Translations under genes and position numbers: made by a program
Shown here: in pieces, positions 52,814-62,842 of the stretch
Position numbering within the stretch: position 1 is the first letter of the stretch
Layout of the letters: the number at the start of each line of letters is the position of its first letter
From: a virus
Length of the DNA: 64,000 nt
IMG/VR virus record: IMGVR_UViG_3300035698_017294
Span: 32,001 to 96,000 of that record
Reading direction: 5' to 3' (one strand)
The notes under the pieces: generated by a model
Databases searched by the model: none
What the model was told of the DNA's origin: nothing
What the model saw: only the letters and a program-made list of their open reading frames with translations

Positions 52814-53142
52814 AATCCCATTACTATCCATATCCAAATAATGTGCAACAGTTGGTCGTACATGATATATCCCATTGGGTATAACTCAGACCCCGGAGTC
52901 GCGTAGCGTTTAAAGCCGAACCGTTTTAAGAACCACCCTATCACATGGGTACGATCTAATACGAAATGTTGTATAGCGATCAATAAAAATTTCCACCACA
53001 CCATTCCTGGGACGAGCAGAAAGAATAACATGTAAATGACGATGTGAATTACGCATGCTTTTGTGTCCTTCTTTTTATTCAACGCTAAACTATCCGGCTG
53101 GAGCATCCAGTCTCCGATAAAATGTGCCATTAGCCAGTGCAT
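52810..53142 (-). CDS. DUF3307-like membrane protein
   Basis: AHFIGDWMLQ, H, HFVLD, DQLLH. Confidence 0.8.
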   Translation of the reverse strand: MHWLMAHFIGDWMLQPDSLALNKKKDTKACVIHIVIYMLFFLLVPGMVWWKFLLIAIQHFVLDRTHVIGWFLKRFGFKRYATPGSELYPMGYIMYDQLLHIIWIWIVMGL

Positions 53143-53168
53143 AGTTTGTCCTTAGTAATTTGTAAATA

Positions 53169-53196
53169 AAAAAAAGCCCACCATAGTGGCGGGCTT
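53169..53196 (-). terminator. Intrinsic terminator
   Basis: AAGCCCGCCA-cta-TGGTGGGCTT followed by a U-tract. Confidence 0.7.
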
Positions 53197-53228
53197 ATGT
53201 CATGAAGTCAGTCGAAAAGAAGAGGAAT

Positions 53229-54539
53229 CTAAGGTTTCGCGGTAAGCGATTTGGATCCAGGATCCACATTTACATCTAGCCCGTTGAGGGCCTTGATGAC
53301 ATTGATGTCCAACAGCTCTTTGATCTGAGCGTCGTATCCTGCCATTCCAGCGCTTCCGCCTTTACCCTTGGAACCGCCGCCGTAATCGATGTAATTTTGC
53401 GGAACAGCTCGTTTTGCTACGGCAGCAGCATTCGCAGCGTTCATAGCTTCCAGGGTTTTCATTTTTAACTCAAACCCACCATCGGCCATGAAGACGGAAC
53501 GACGATAGTTCGCATCGGCTTTGGCTTCCAGATCTTTGGCTTTCTTGTAGTTTGAGGCTTCTTCGACGCGAATCTTGGATACGGTAAGCTTCTTAGCGGC
53601 TTCGATATTCGCCGTAAGTGAATCCGTACGGGCTTGTTCAATCACCGGGGCTAGGGTAGTCATCATTGCATATTTTGCCGTGGTGACATTCTTTAGCCCC
53701 TCAAATTCTGCTTCGGTAGCCCTTGCCTTAGCAAGCGAAGCCTGCGCGTTGGCAGTTTGGATGCTGGCGTTGATGTCTTTCTGCCGATCCTGCTGCTTTT
53801 GCACGCGGCTATCATATTCAAATTTAACAATATTGAACAAACCGTAGTCCATCCCAATGCCAAATTTTTCCCATAGCCCACCTTCGGAATTTGCGCGCAG
53901 TGGTGTGATACCATCAGCTTCATACAGAATGCGCGCGCACTTGCGCACCGTTTGCTTATGATTGCCGGATGTACTATCAACTACGATCTTTTCCAATGTT
54001 CTGCATCGGTAATCGCCATGCAGCATCTGGTCATATACGTATTGATAAAACTTCTCGCGGCCGTTGCCCTGCCAGGTTTCCTGTGCTTCGAATATCGGGC
54101 CCGTTTTCTTTACGGCGTTAACAAATGCCGGCTGAATTAACTGTTTTGAAATTTCATCTGGGGTTCGGAAGTTGTGCTTGAATCGCAAGTCCTCACGAAG
54201 TGCATCAGTTGTAGGCATGTTGATACGGCAGGATCCCAGTAGGCCCGCAGTAGTAGCATCGTTGAACCGTGCTGTGATTGTGTCAGCCTCGGATTGCAGG
54301 AAATCGTGAGTGTAATTGAACTCAAATTTATCCGTGATGTCCATCATGTTGAAGTACGCGCCCGGGATGGATTCGACCTGCTGTTTACCAGTGTACACCT
54401 GCTGTGTAACATGGTACCAACCACCCTCTACGGTATTGTAGCTTTTGACGCCTGCAACTACCGCGATAAACGCGACTAAGGCGAGGGCCCCAAGAAAGAT
54501 CTTCTTTGATAAACCCATTGATTTCTTTTCGTTTTCCAT
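53229..54539 (-). CDS. SPFH/Band-7 family membrane protein
   Basis: N-terminal TM, V..G...V.Q...G..PG.Y, C-terminal Ala/Glu-rich coiled coil. Confidence 0.75.
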   Translation of the reverse strand: MENEKKSMGLSKKIFLGALALVAFIAVVAGVKSYNTVEGGWYHVTQQVYTGKQQVESIPGAYFNMMDITDKFEFNYTHDFLQSEADTITARFNDATTAGLLGSCRINMPTTDALREDLRFKHNFRTPDEISKQLIQPAFVNAVKKTGPIFEAQETWQGNGREKFYQYVYDQMLHGDYRCRTLEKIVVDSTSGNHKQTVRKCARILYEADGITPLRANSEGGLWEKFGIGMDYGLFNIVKFEYDSRVQKQQDRQKDINASIQTANAQASLAKARATEAEFEGLKNVTTAKYAMMTTLAPVIEQARTDSLTANIEAAKKLTVSKIRVEEASNYKKAKDLEAKADANYRRSVFMADGGFELKMKTLEAMNAANAAAVAKRAVPQNYIDYGGGSKGKGGSAGMAGYDAQIKELLDINVIKALNGLDVNVDPGSKSLTAKP

Positions 54540-54541
54540 TT

Positions 54542-54829
54542 CTACCCCTTTTCGTTGTTTTCCTCATCCTTCGACGGATGTTCGATGTTCCCGATAGCTG
54601 CGCTACTAGCTTCGATTGTTTGCTCAACCTTATCAATTTCCGTGGTCAGCCCCAGGTTCTCGGCGACGTCATTTAATACTTCTTTTTTCGCCTCCAAAAC
54701 CTTACGCTTATCTTTGACAACAGCGTTTTTCGTTTTACGCTTGCGATATTTGTCCCACTTGTCCCACGCTGCAACAGCGCCAAACACAATTATCAAAACC
54801 GCAAGAATCCGCAGTACGGTAAAAATCAA
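54542..54829 (-). CDS. Small TM plus coiled-coil protein (SPFH partner)
   Basis: Hydrophobic N-terminus; adjacent to the SPFH gene. Confidence 0.6.
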   Translation of the reverse strand: MIFTVLRILAVLIIVFGAVAAWDKWDKYRKRKTKNAVVKDKRKVLEAKKEVLNDVAENLGLTTEIDKVEQTIEASSAAIGNIEHPSKDEENNEKG

Positions 54830-55062
54830 TTCAATCTCCCATCACTGGTTAATCGTGTATTTCCCATTTCTTCAATTAATTCACCCTTCATCATAGACCC
54901 GGGATTTAGCCATTCAAAATCGCCAAATACCTTTCTCGCGGCTTCCGTTACCGCCGTGTCACGGAATACCACTTCGCCGCAGTGTGGGCAAACGTGGTTC
55001 TCCCCAACATCTGATAGCGTCATGATGCTGCAGCATTTCGGGCAGGTTTTCCTCTTTGTCAT
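54826..55062 (-). CDS. Zn-ribbon protein
   Basis: CPKC..CPHC. Confidence 0.6.
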   Translation of the reverse strand: MTKRKTCPKCCSIMTLSDVGENHVCPHCGEVVFRDTAVTEAARKVFGDFEWLNPGSMMKGELIEEMGNTRLTSDGRLN

Positions 55063-55088
55063 AGCTGGTTCTCCTGTTGTTTGTAAAA

Positions 55089-55162
55089 TGGACCCACCTG
55101 GACTCGAACCAGGGACCCGCGCTTTATGAGAGCGCCGCTCTAACCAGCTGAGCTATGAGTCC
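55089..55162 (-). tRNA. tRNA(CAU): elongator Met or Ile2
   Basis: GCGCT-ctCATaa-AGCGC. Confidence 0.9.
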
Positions 55163-55199
55163 TAAATGTAATCGTTAAACTTAGATATCTTATACCATT

Positions 55200-55418
55200 T
55201 TATTTGATATTTTCATCTTCTTTGGTGATGTAAGTAATTAATTGCTCAAACATATTTGTAAACCCGCCAACTATATTTTGGGGTACTATACCCGCAGACA
55301 CCAGTTCATTAATTTCAGCTAGCTCTTTGATATATTCAGCTGCATCCAAATGGCCTTCAATTTCTTCATGATCGTCTTCTTCCGACGGGTCGTATTCTGC
55401 ATATTTATCTTTTTCCAT
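55200..55418 (-). CDS. Acidic hypothetical protein
   Basis: ORF. Confidence 0.55.
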   Translation of the reverse strand: MEKDKYAEYDPSEEDDHEEIEGHLDAAEYIKELAEINELVSAGIVPQNIVGGFTNMFEQLITYITKEDENIK

Positions 55419-55421
55419 ACG

Positions 55422-55712
55422 TTACCCCATGTACTTTTCTATTAATATAATCGTGAGCTCGGTGCCAGTTGTATTCCAATTTACACGTGTGAGAATATTA
55501 TATTCACAAAGCAGGTTTCTAAGATTTTGTATCACGGCTAGTTCGTGGTAATCTGCTACACCATGTAACCCCTCCTCGGTGGGTAATCCGCCTACCCGGA
55601 ATACATTGTCCTTAATTTTTACTACTCGCCCTATCTCGCTAAGCTCACTCATCACTAAATCTTCAAACGAGACATACCCTTCAATATAATCCCCGTATTC
55701 GTTTATAACCAT
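55422..55712 (-). CDS. Hypothetical protein
   Basis: ORF; N-terminus (EYGDY.E.YV..ED.V) resembles that of 55703-56017. Confidence 0.6.
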   Translation of the reverse strand: MVINEYGDYIEGYVSFEDLVMSELSEIGRVVKIKDNVFRVGGLPTEEGLHGVADYHELAVIQNLRNLLCEYNILTRVNWNTTGTELTIILIEKYMG

Positions 55713-56017
55713 GGCAGTGGCTCCATATCATAAAATCCATGAATGATTAATTCGGTAGGCCTATCATATTCATACCCTGAGTAAGCAAATCCTATTTGTA
55801 TTCTGTACCCTTTGAGTAGCGTATCTTCAAATTCATCAAATATTTTCCGTTGCTTTTTTGTAAATCCAGCCTGTATCTCGGTTAAAGGTATGATAAATTC
55901 TTTATTTTTCCCTCCAGCATATCTATAATCGCCCAGTAAGCCTAAATAAAAAAGCACCACATCCTCAGGTGGGATGTAGTGCTCGGTGTAATTTCCGTAT
56001 TCGCTTTCGTGTGTCAT
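55703..56017 (-). CDS. Hypothetical protein
   Basis: ORF; possible paralogue of 55422-55712. Confidence 0.6.
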   Translation of the reverse strand: MTHESEYGNYTEHYIPPEDVVLFYLGLLGDYRYAGGKNKEFIIPLTEIQAGFTKKQRKIFDEFEDTLLKGYRIQIGFAYSGYEYDRPTELIIHGFYDMEPLPWL

Positions 56018-56211
56018 GTCATTAATCTATCCGCTATCGTTATCCAGTCCATTTCACCGGACTCTGCTAAGTGTGGAATCGTCTCTTTAATGAAATCCTC
56101 TAACTCTATTGCAAGTATCGTAGTATCTCCGTCGGCAGATATTCGCATGTCGTCCATACAGTCATAGTAGTTAGTGGTCAGCTCGTCGTATACAACCTGT
56201 TCTAAATCCAT
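56014..56211 (-). CDS. Acidic hypothetical protein
   Basis: ORF with GGAG RBS. Confidence 0.55.
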   Translation of the reverse strand: MDLEQVVYDELTTNYYDCMDDMRISADGDTTILAIELEDFIKETIPHLAESGEMDWITIADRLMT

Positions 56212-56223
56212 TATAAGGCTCCT

Positions 56224-59200
56224 TTAGCATAATGAGAGTCCACATTGTGGGCACATTGTGCAACCTTCTTGCATTATCATTTGTGATCCACAGGACTCAC
56301 ATATTTTATTGGTTTGTGTACCATTCGGGATGTAGGATTTGAGTAGTTTGTTAAGTATAAAAATAAATGAACCTAGCGGCACTTCTGCCGTGTCTACTGC
56401 ATCCGTTATTTCCGTTATCGATACGTTGTGTCGCAATAGCAGCCCCAACATCCGACATATACGTTCTATGTTCGATTGGTGGTAGCTCTTTGTTTCCAGC
56501 TCTTTAATGTAGGGTTTTAGGAACTTACGTTTATGTGCTACCTTCCTTAGCAAGTCTAGCGTCTCCTTTGTAACAACTGTTTTTTCCGTGGAGTTAGTAT
56601 GCGTGAATACAGCTATTGGCTTTTCTTTGTTAGACGTCGGAAATGCTAGTATCACGTACCATTTCTTATTTTCTGATTTAATTAAGTGACCTCGTGCATG
56701 GAATGTCTCTGGAAACTTTACATTATACAGAATCTCCAGCTCTTCGTGCTCCTTCTTGGATAAAGTTTCCATAACAGTTGTCATGGTTCCCGCTCTGTAT
56801 GTCGTAAGTCCCTTAATGCCTTTATCGTATGCTTTCATGTAGAAGTCGGAGAAATCATCAAAAGTAAAGCTAGCAGGAATGTTAACGGTTTTAGACATAC
56901 CAAGATGCAGGTATTTGTATATAACCTCCATAACCGACAAGTGCTCATCAATGCTTAGGTCTTCTGCGCCAGCATAAACTCCTTCATCGTTTAATTCCAT
57001 CATACGACCAATTTCTACATTGTCAAGAACCCATTCCCACCCATAATCACGAATCGATTCTGCTTTGGTCATCCCACGATTTTTATCTATTTCATAATTA
57101 ACGCTGCCATATCGACAGGTTAGCACCTCTTCATCACCGCGTAGTTCCAGTTTAAAATCATCTGTTTCAAACCACTCGCCTTTTTTGGCGTCGGGGAATT
57201 TTAAGTCGTCATATAGTAAGCCAGCAATATCCCCGTCGGTTACCGTGACCCATCTTGTATATTCTTTGCAGAACACAGGCTCTCCGCCTCCAGACATTAG
57301 CCGCGCTAGTATGCCAGTATTTCCAGTAGGTGCCAATGTAGTAAGGTGTGAATTCCGTAGCCCGTGCTTTTTCATACCCCCTTCTAGGGCTGCTTTAGTT
57401 GCTGCAGGTAGAGGTAATGCTTTCCAGTAGTCTGTATTTATGTATTCATCATAATCAAAGTGCTCAAATTGGCCCTTTTCCTTAGCCAATAATACTGAGG
57501 CCGCGTACGAGTGATAAGTTATCCATTCGTATATTTCTTCTAACAGTTCCAGGAATTTAGGAGAGCCGTATCGTAAGCCCGCCATGAAGCCCAAAGATCC
57601 CAGACCCATAACGCCAAGGCCTATACGTCGGAACGCCAGAGAGGCCGTTTCTAGCTCTTTCAGGGGATATGTAGTTATGTCCAGTATATTGTCTAAGAAT
57701 CGTACCATTATGGGTATATCGCGGGCCAGCTTTGCGAAATCAAAAATACTTGATTTTGAGTCCCAGTAAGCCGGTAAATTGATGGAGCCAAGATCGCATA
57801 CTCCTGTAGCCATAGGCACCTCACCACACTGTAAACTATTTATATAATGCGTGAACTTTTTTTCAACTCCTTCAACTTTACATGCAGTAAAAAAGTTATG
57901 AAAGTCATCTACGGTTCCATTATAAACATCTTCTTTGCCAACATGTGTGACTGAAACCACTCTGTGATTGAAATTAACAGCAGCTTCTTGTAAAGCCCTA
58001 TAAGTTGGGAATGGGGAAGTCTTTCCAAACCTAATTGGTACTTTATTTTCTTTGCACAGTTCTTCGAATTCCACTTTCATAGGATTTTTTTTTAATTTAA
58101 ATTTAAGGTCGGTATAAAGCTTTAGTTGCGCTTGCCTCGCATTTTGTTTATACTTTTCCTTTTCTATGCGTTGGCCACATGTAGCGGAGCAAACGCCCTG
58201 TTCGCGTCTAGTATAAGTTACATTGAAAGAACTGCCACACAATTCGCATTTTTTATTTATCCTAACTTGATTCCTTTCATCAAAATAAGCATCATACCCA
58301 GAGGCAAGCGCCTCCTTATAAGTAAGTAATGCCTTTTGACCGACTTCATCAAAAGATTCAAAACCGGCGTCAAGTGCAGCCCATTTGGCTAATCCATCTA
58401 TAGCGCCTAGATGATTTACTCGCCAATCGGAAAATTTTTGTGGCAATCCATGTTCTTTTGCATAGGCCCACCATTCGCGACTACCAAAACGACGACCTTC
58501 TTGTTTTGTGAGTATTACAGCATGTTTTTTCAAGTCCTCGTTAGTGTATCCAGAATAACGTCCATTGCCTGACCCGGAAACCGACTCAGACATATTATCA
58601 TGGTATCTTTGTTTCTCTTCGTCACTGGCATTTTTATACCAACGGTTCATTGGATTCTTTTCACCGCGCATATCTTCGCCGTGCAACTTATCATGCGCTT
58701 GTTTGGTCATCATTTCTAAATTAGCCGGCCTATTATTTTGGGCATTTCGGTCCTTATGGTGGATTACATGCGCAGCTGGAATACTCTCTAAATTATTATG
58801 AAATTGGCAGATGAACCTATGCTCTGCACAATGAGTTTTTTTATCTCCGTTCTGAAGCCAAATGTATTCTTGAGAATTAGAATTTGCTCCTGGAAAAATT
58901 CCTTTAATGGTTTTAAAAGATTTCGTTACAATACTTAAACTATCTCCAGGAATCAATTTAGCAGCTTCGCGGTAATCGCCGGAAGTCAATTTAAATTTGT
59001 GATTTTTTGTAACACGTGTTTTACTGCCATCATCTAATAGTACTTCGTAGATATCCTCATGCCCCGTAAATCTAGGATGTCGCATATATCTAATTGCAAT
59101 TCTATCTTTATCATCATAGCAGAATACTGGAACGTCTTTGCCGTCGTCTACGAGAGTTTTTATTGGTACATTTCCACGACCGTCTGCTGTATATACCAGA

Positions 59201-60144
59201 GTATCCCCAGTGATACATGGGTTAGTTTGGAAAACCTTTTCCGCGTAACTCATCGGATTCATTTTGTTTACTATATCTAAAAATAAAATGCCCGGTTCAT
59301 TGCGAGTGTATGAAGCTGTCATTAGCATATCATACAGTTCCTTGGCCTTTATAGTTTCGTATACGATAACTGGATAACCTTTAGCATGCCATAATTCTAG
59401 GTCCCCGTTCCATTCTTCCTCATACTGCTCATACGTAGTATCCGGATAAACCAGATCCCAGTCTTTATCATCTTTTACACATTGCATGAAGCCATCTGTG
59501 ACACCTACAGACATGTTGAACTTTGTTAGAAAGTCCTTTTTCAGTTTCGCATTTATAAAGTCCTTGATGTCGGGATGCCATATACTCAGCACGAACATCA
59601 TGGCACCTTTGCGTAGTTTCTTTTTAAGGTCGGTGCGCTCTGCGTCACGATCTAATTTCGCTTCGCCGCCACCACGTGTGATGACTGCGGACACCTTATC
59701 CCATATCTCTGCAAAGGCAACTGGGCCAGGAGTTGTGGATTTAATGCCCTCAATAACAGTACCAGAAGGCCGCAGATAAGACAGGTTAGTTCCGTAACCA
59801 GCTTCACTCTTTAGTATGTGGGCTGCCATCTTAATCTGATTGAAGATATTTTCCAAGCTGTCTACATCTTTTATCCCATTGTCGGCTGGATGCATTGTAG
59901 TACAGTTAATAAGTGTTGTGTTCTTGTAGGTTGTGCCGGCATTTGCAATTATGCGGCCACCGGGGATAAATGGTTTTAGTGTTGGTGATAATATATTTAA
60001 AAACGAGTTATATGCTTGTTCTTTTTGCTCAGGAAGTTCTGCTGTTGCCGCAGCGTGTGCTACACGTTCCCAAGTCTGTTCTTCTGATTCACCGTTGAAT
60101 CTATAATTAGTGTCCCACAGTTCGTGCGGCAAATTACTTGTCAT
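56224..60144 (-). CDS. nrdJ: Class II (B12-dependent) ribonucleotide reductase with intein
   Basis: PGGRI.ANAG, NC, GA.M, FNMSV, EPGILF, TNP^CGE, CDLGSINL, RRIGLG, APTG, SKTVN, KGLT.YR, terminal CxxC; no R2 gene nearby. Confidence 0.93.
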   Translation of the reverse strand: MTSNLPHELWDTNYRFNGESEEQTWERVAHAAATAELPEQKEQAYNSFLNILSPTLKPFIPGGRIIANAGTTYKNTTLINCTTMHPADNGIKDVDSLENIFNQIKMAAHILKSEAGYGTNLSYLRPSGTVIEGIKSTTPGPVAFAEIWDKVSAVITRGGGEAKLDRDAERTDLKKKLRKGAMMFVLSIWHPDIKDFINAKLKKDFLTKFNMSVGVTDGFMQCVKDDKDWDLVYPDTTYEQYEEEWNGDLELWHAKGYPVIVYETIKAKELYDMLMTASYTRNEPGILFLDIVNKMNPMSYAEKVFQTNPCITGDTLVYTADGRGNVPIKTLVDDGKDVPVFCYDDKDRIAIRYMRHPRFTGHEDIYEVLLDDGSKTRVTKNHKFKLTSGDYREAAKLIPGDSLSIVTKSFKTIKGIFPGANSNSQEYIWLQNGDKKTHCAEHRFICQFHNNLESIPAAHVIHHKDRNAQNNRPANLEMMTKQAHDKLHGEDMRGEKNPMNRWYKNASDEEKQRYHDNMSESVSGSGNGRYSGYTNEDLKKHAVILTKQEGRRFGSREWWAYAKEHGLPQKFSDWRVNHLGAIDGLAKWAALDAGFESFDEVGQKALLTYKEALASGYDAYFDERNQVRINKKCELCGSSFNVTYTRREQGVCSATCGQRIEKEKYKQNARQAQLKLYTDLKFKLKKNPMKVEFEELCKENKVPIRFGKTSPFPTYRALQEAAVNFNHRVVSVTHVGKEDVYNGTVDDFHNFFTACKVEGVEKKFTHYINSLQCGEVPMATGVCDLGSINLPAYWDSKSSIFDFAKLARDIPIMVRFLDNILDITTYPLKELETASLAFRRIGLGVMGLGSLGFMAGLRYGSPKFLELLEEIYEWITYHSYAASVLLAKEKGQFEHFDYDEYINTDYWKALPLPAATKAALEGGMKKHGLRNSHLTTLAPTGNTGILARLMSGGGEPVFCKEYTRWVTVTDGDIAGLLYDDLKFPDAKKGEWFETDDFKLELRGDEEVLTCRYGSVNYEIDKNRGMTKAESIRDYGWEWVLDNVEIGRMMELNDEGVYAGAEDLSIDEHLSVMEVIYKYLHLGMSKTVNIPASFTFDDFSDFYMKAYDKGIKGLTTYRAGTMTTVMETLSKKEHEELEILYNVKFPETFHARGHLIKSENKKWYVILAFPTSNKEKPIAVFTHTNSTEKTVVTKETLDLLRKVAHKRKFLKPYIKELETKSYHQSNIERICRMLGLLLRHNVSITEITDAVDTAEVPLGSFIFILNKLLKSYIPNGTQTNKICESCGSQMIMQEGCTMCPQCGLSLC
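57829..59217 (-). mobile_element. 463-aa intein with HNH endonuclease in nrdJ, ending in Gln
   Basis: TNP|CITGDT..VTKNHKF (block B)..EHR..IHHKD.N..NN...NL (HNH)..VYNGTVDDFHNF..YINSLQ|CGE. Confidence 0.92.
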
Positions 60145-60434
60145 CTAGTCTCCTGTTTGATTGCGGCGCGTAAGGCATTCAGTGGTGTGTCACCTTCTCC
60201 GCTAAAAGACTTTTCTTTGGAGTATGATAGTGACGGAATACACGCGAAAAAAAGCCCAGTGTCGGGCTTCTGTGTTATAGTAATTTGGTTAAGTAGTATT
60301 TGCAATTCGCCGTCGTGTAACACATCATTATCTATGTATGCCAACGGCCGATCAAATTTATATTCATCAATAAAAAAAGGGAGGCACCCGTAAGTGCCCC
60401 CGTTCTGCAATTTATTGAAAGGATGGATCTTCAA
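60141..60434 (-). CDS. Hypothetical protein
   Basis: ORF with overlapping start/stop. Confidence 0.55.
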   Translation of the reverse strand: MKIHPFNKLQNGGTYGCLPFFIDEYKFDRPLAYIDNDVLHDGELQILLNQITITQKPDTGLFFACIPSLSYSKEKSFSGEGDTPLNALRAAIKQETR

Positions 60435-60867
60435 GTGGACTCACAGGTGTTGTTGGAAAATCGATATCTATATCGAAACTAATGCCGTCCATATCTTCAA
60501 TGCCTTTGTAATCTGATACCTGGTTACGTTCCCCAGAAATCCCTACAAATACACTGAACTCTGCTCCCATCAGCGGATCAGCGATATCTTTTGCTTCCAT
60601 TCCATCTCCTAATAGATCTTTTTTATCCATGGCCTCATAAACCATAATTACTTTCCATAGGGTCTTGGGGGTAAGTACTAGGTTATCAAAAACCTTACGA
60701 CCGTGGAATGGTCCTTCATTTCCTACTTGATAGGTGATGGAGATCATTTCATTATCGTTAGTGGATGTTCTAAGTTCTGTCTTTATTACCTTCACCGCAT
60801 AACGGTCTTCGGGTAACGGTTCAAACTTACCGGTCTTCTTCTTTTCGGCTTCGAAATCATAACTCAT
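60412..60867 (-). CDS. DUF669-like ssDNA-binding protein
   Basis: FEPLP.D.Y, MI.ITY.V..G...GRKVFDNL, acidic tail; next to a Sak4-like ATPase. Confidence 0.8.
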   Translation of the reverse strand: MSYDFEAEKKKTGKFEPLPEDRYAVKVIKTELRTSTNDNEMISITYQVGNEGPFHGRKVFDNLVLTPKTLWKVIMVYEAMDKKDLLGDGMEAKDIADPLMGAEFSVFVGISGERNQVSDYKGIEDMDGISFDIDIDFPTTPVSPLEDPSFQ

Positions 60868-61820
60868 GCATCGTCCTCTTCTTTATCAGTGATCATTTGA
60901 TTTAAATCGACAATTAGCAGTTCAGCTTCGTCGTCTTTAAGATCTAATACAGAGGATACCGCATAATCTTCATTCAACTTGGAGGTCAGTAACTGGTCAT
61001 CGCCTAATAGTGTTTTTAAGTTTTGAATCTTTACAATGTTCTCGCCGGTTATTCCGGCAGTTAGCTTGTCTTTGCCATTAAGCTTAGTTACAAAGTCACG
61101 ATTCCCTGACTGCGCAAGCGCTCTTTGGCCAGCTGCGGTATCAACGTCACGATAAATAACGTCTTTACCAAAATATGTTTCCAATGCTTCGAACGAGTAA
61201 TCAAAATCGTCGGGCAGTTTATTTGTTCTGTCTTTGATCACATGTGCGGTGATACGGCCATCACGGTGCTTGGTAAGCTCTATAACTGTATCAAAGATGA
61301 ACGGCCAGTCCTTTGGACATTCTGGCTTAGTTCCAATAACTTTCATGAAATCGCCGCTACTAGTATCGGAACTGTATTCAACTTTATCGCGTGCTGTTAC
61401 AACAACATTTAAATCCACATCCAGTAGCTTGGTAGAGATACTTTTCGTGTCGGCTTTAATTGCCTTATAATCTAACGGCTGTAAGGTGTAAGTTGAATCA
61501 CCCTTTTTAACCCGCAGGCGCTTCAAATGTGTTTCCTGCAAGAAATCCCAATACATGGATGCTGAATCTAATACAATGGTTTTGAAATCTTGTGGATCAT
61601 TTACAATCTCTTCAACAGCTTTGTGCACTTTTCTAATGTCGGTTGTAACTGATGACTCGAAGTCAAATTCCTCCGTATAGTGGATGGTCCCTTTCTCCAT
61701 GTCAATTACAGCAGGCTTAGGCATTTGTAATGCAGACCTAGTTTTCCAGGTGCCGGTTCCTCCATAAATCAGGAGCTTTAATTTTCGGTTGGTTGTTGGT
61801 GGTTTAGAAAATAAACTCAT
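60864..61820 (-). CDS. AAA_24 / Sak4-like recombination ATPase
   Basis: KLLIYGGTGTWKT, IDMEKG, TIVLDS, VTAR.K, FDTV, KDRT. Confidence 0.88.
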   Translation of the reverse strand: MSLFSKPPTTNRKLKLLIYGGTGTWKTRSALQMPKPAVIDMEKGTIHYTEEFDFESSVTTDIRKVHKAVEEIVNDPQDFKTIVLDSASMYWDFLQETHLKRLRVKKGDSTYTLQPLDYKAIKADTKSISTKLLDVDLNVVVTARDKVEYSSDTSSGDFMKVIGTKPECPKDWPFIFDTVIELTKHRDGRITAHVIKDRTNKLPDDFDYSFEALETYFGKDVIYRDVDTAAGQRALAQSGNRDFVTKLNGKDKLTAGITGENIVKIQNLKTLLGDDQLLTSKLNEDYAVSSVLDLKDDEAELLIVDLNQMITDKEEDDA

Positions 61821-61839
61821 TAACCCTTAGTCCTTTATC

Positions 61840-62493
61840 TTAGCTTTTAAATGTCTCTAAGCGTTGCGCTACCTTATACGTCGTTATGACATCTTTAAGG
61901 CAATATTTGCCTATCTCATCTATTTTCCCATCTAGCCATGCATCGTATACCCCGTCTGCACGCACTTCGCCCGCCTTTGGGGATTCTAGTCCCAAAGAGA
62001 CTGCCGCTATTTCTAAAGAAGTTGCTTTTCTAAACTCCCAATCGCAGAGAAGCATTTGAACATCGTAGTGGGGATCTGTTCTATATCGCGCAGTGTTCAT
62101 AAAGCGATAGTTGGTTTGTTTGATCCGGTTTATTAGTGATCTTATTATAATGAAAGGTACATCAAACCGCAAGCCATTATATGAGATAAATTCGCCCTTA
62201 AAGCGTTCGCCATTTATGAATTTCCAAAAGTTGGTTAATATATCTGCTTCAGTACCCTTCATGAATACAATCTGCTCGTTTGTTAACGGGCGATAGCATC
62301 CTATGCACACCACTTGGCCAAACCACGGGTCCGTGGAAGCAATCCGCGTCCTTAGGCCCTCTTCTGTTTCGTTATCACGCATATTCTTCTTAAATATCTC
62401 TAATCTATCTTCCAGCTTTGCTTTATGTATGACAGACATATTTTGGTCCGGTATAGTCTCGATATCGAATGCTATAGGATCGTTAAATGCCAT
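61840..62493 (-). CDS. DEDD 3'-5' exonuclease (PolB-exo-like)
   Basis: FDIETIP, SYNG..FDVPFI, H.D, YC..DV..T. Confidence 0.9.
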   Translation of the reverse strand: MAFNDPIAFDIETIPDQNMSVIHKAKLEDRLEIFKKNMRDNETEEGLRTRIASTDPWFGQVVCIGCYRPLTNEQIVFMKGTEADILTNFWKFINGERFKGEFISYNGLRFDVPFIIIRSLINRIKQTNYRFMNTARYRTDPHYDVQMLLCDWEFRKATSLEIAAVSLGLESPKAGEVRADGVYDAWLDGKIDEIGKYCLKDVITTYKVAQRLETFKS

Positions 62494-62840
62494 TAAATCT
62501 CCTTTGATTGTTTAACTGTTGTGTTGATAAGATGTACTACCTTATCAATTTTCCTTAGGGCTTTTAAATTTTTACATTCCCTAATTTCTACTTCTTTGTT
62601 AATTCGTAACAGTACTTCAATCAACAAATCTAAGTCTTCTTTGATGTATCCGCACTCGACCAGTAAAAGCGGTATTCCGTTGTTTACAGATTCGCTATAG
62701 TCAATTAGTATCCCCATTGTTGGGACTATGTAGCTCTTGATACCTCTAGATGATTTATAATTTTGCTGCTGCACTGGAGGTACCAGTTTGCCGTTTGTAA
62801 TAGTCCAAACCTTTTTTCCATATGTTCTGTGAACTAACAC
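62493..62840 (-). CDS. Hypothetical protein
   Basis: ORF. Confidence 0.55.
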   Translation of the reverse strand: MLVHRTYGKKVWTITNGKLVPPVQQQNYKSSRGIKSYIVPTMGILIDYSESVNNGIPLLLVECGYIKEDLDLLIEVLLRINKEVEIRECKNLKALRKIDKVVHLINTTVKQSKEI

Positions 62841-62842
62841 AA

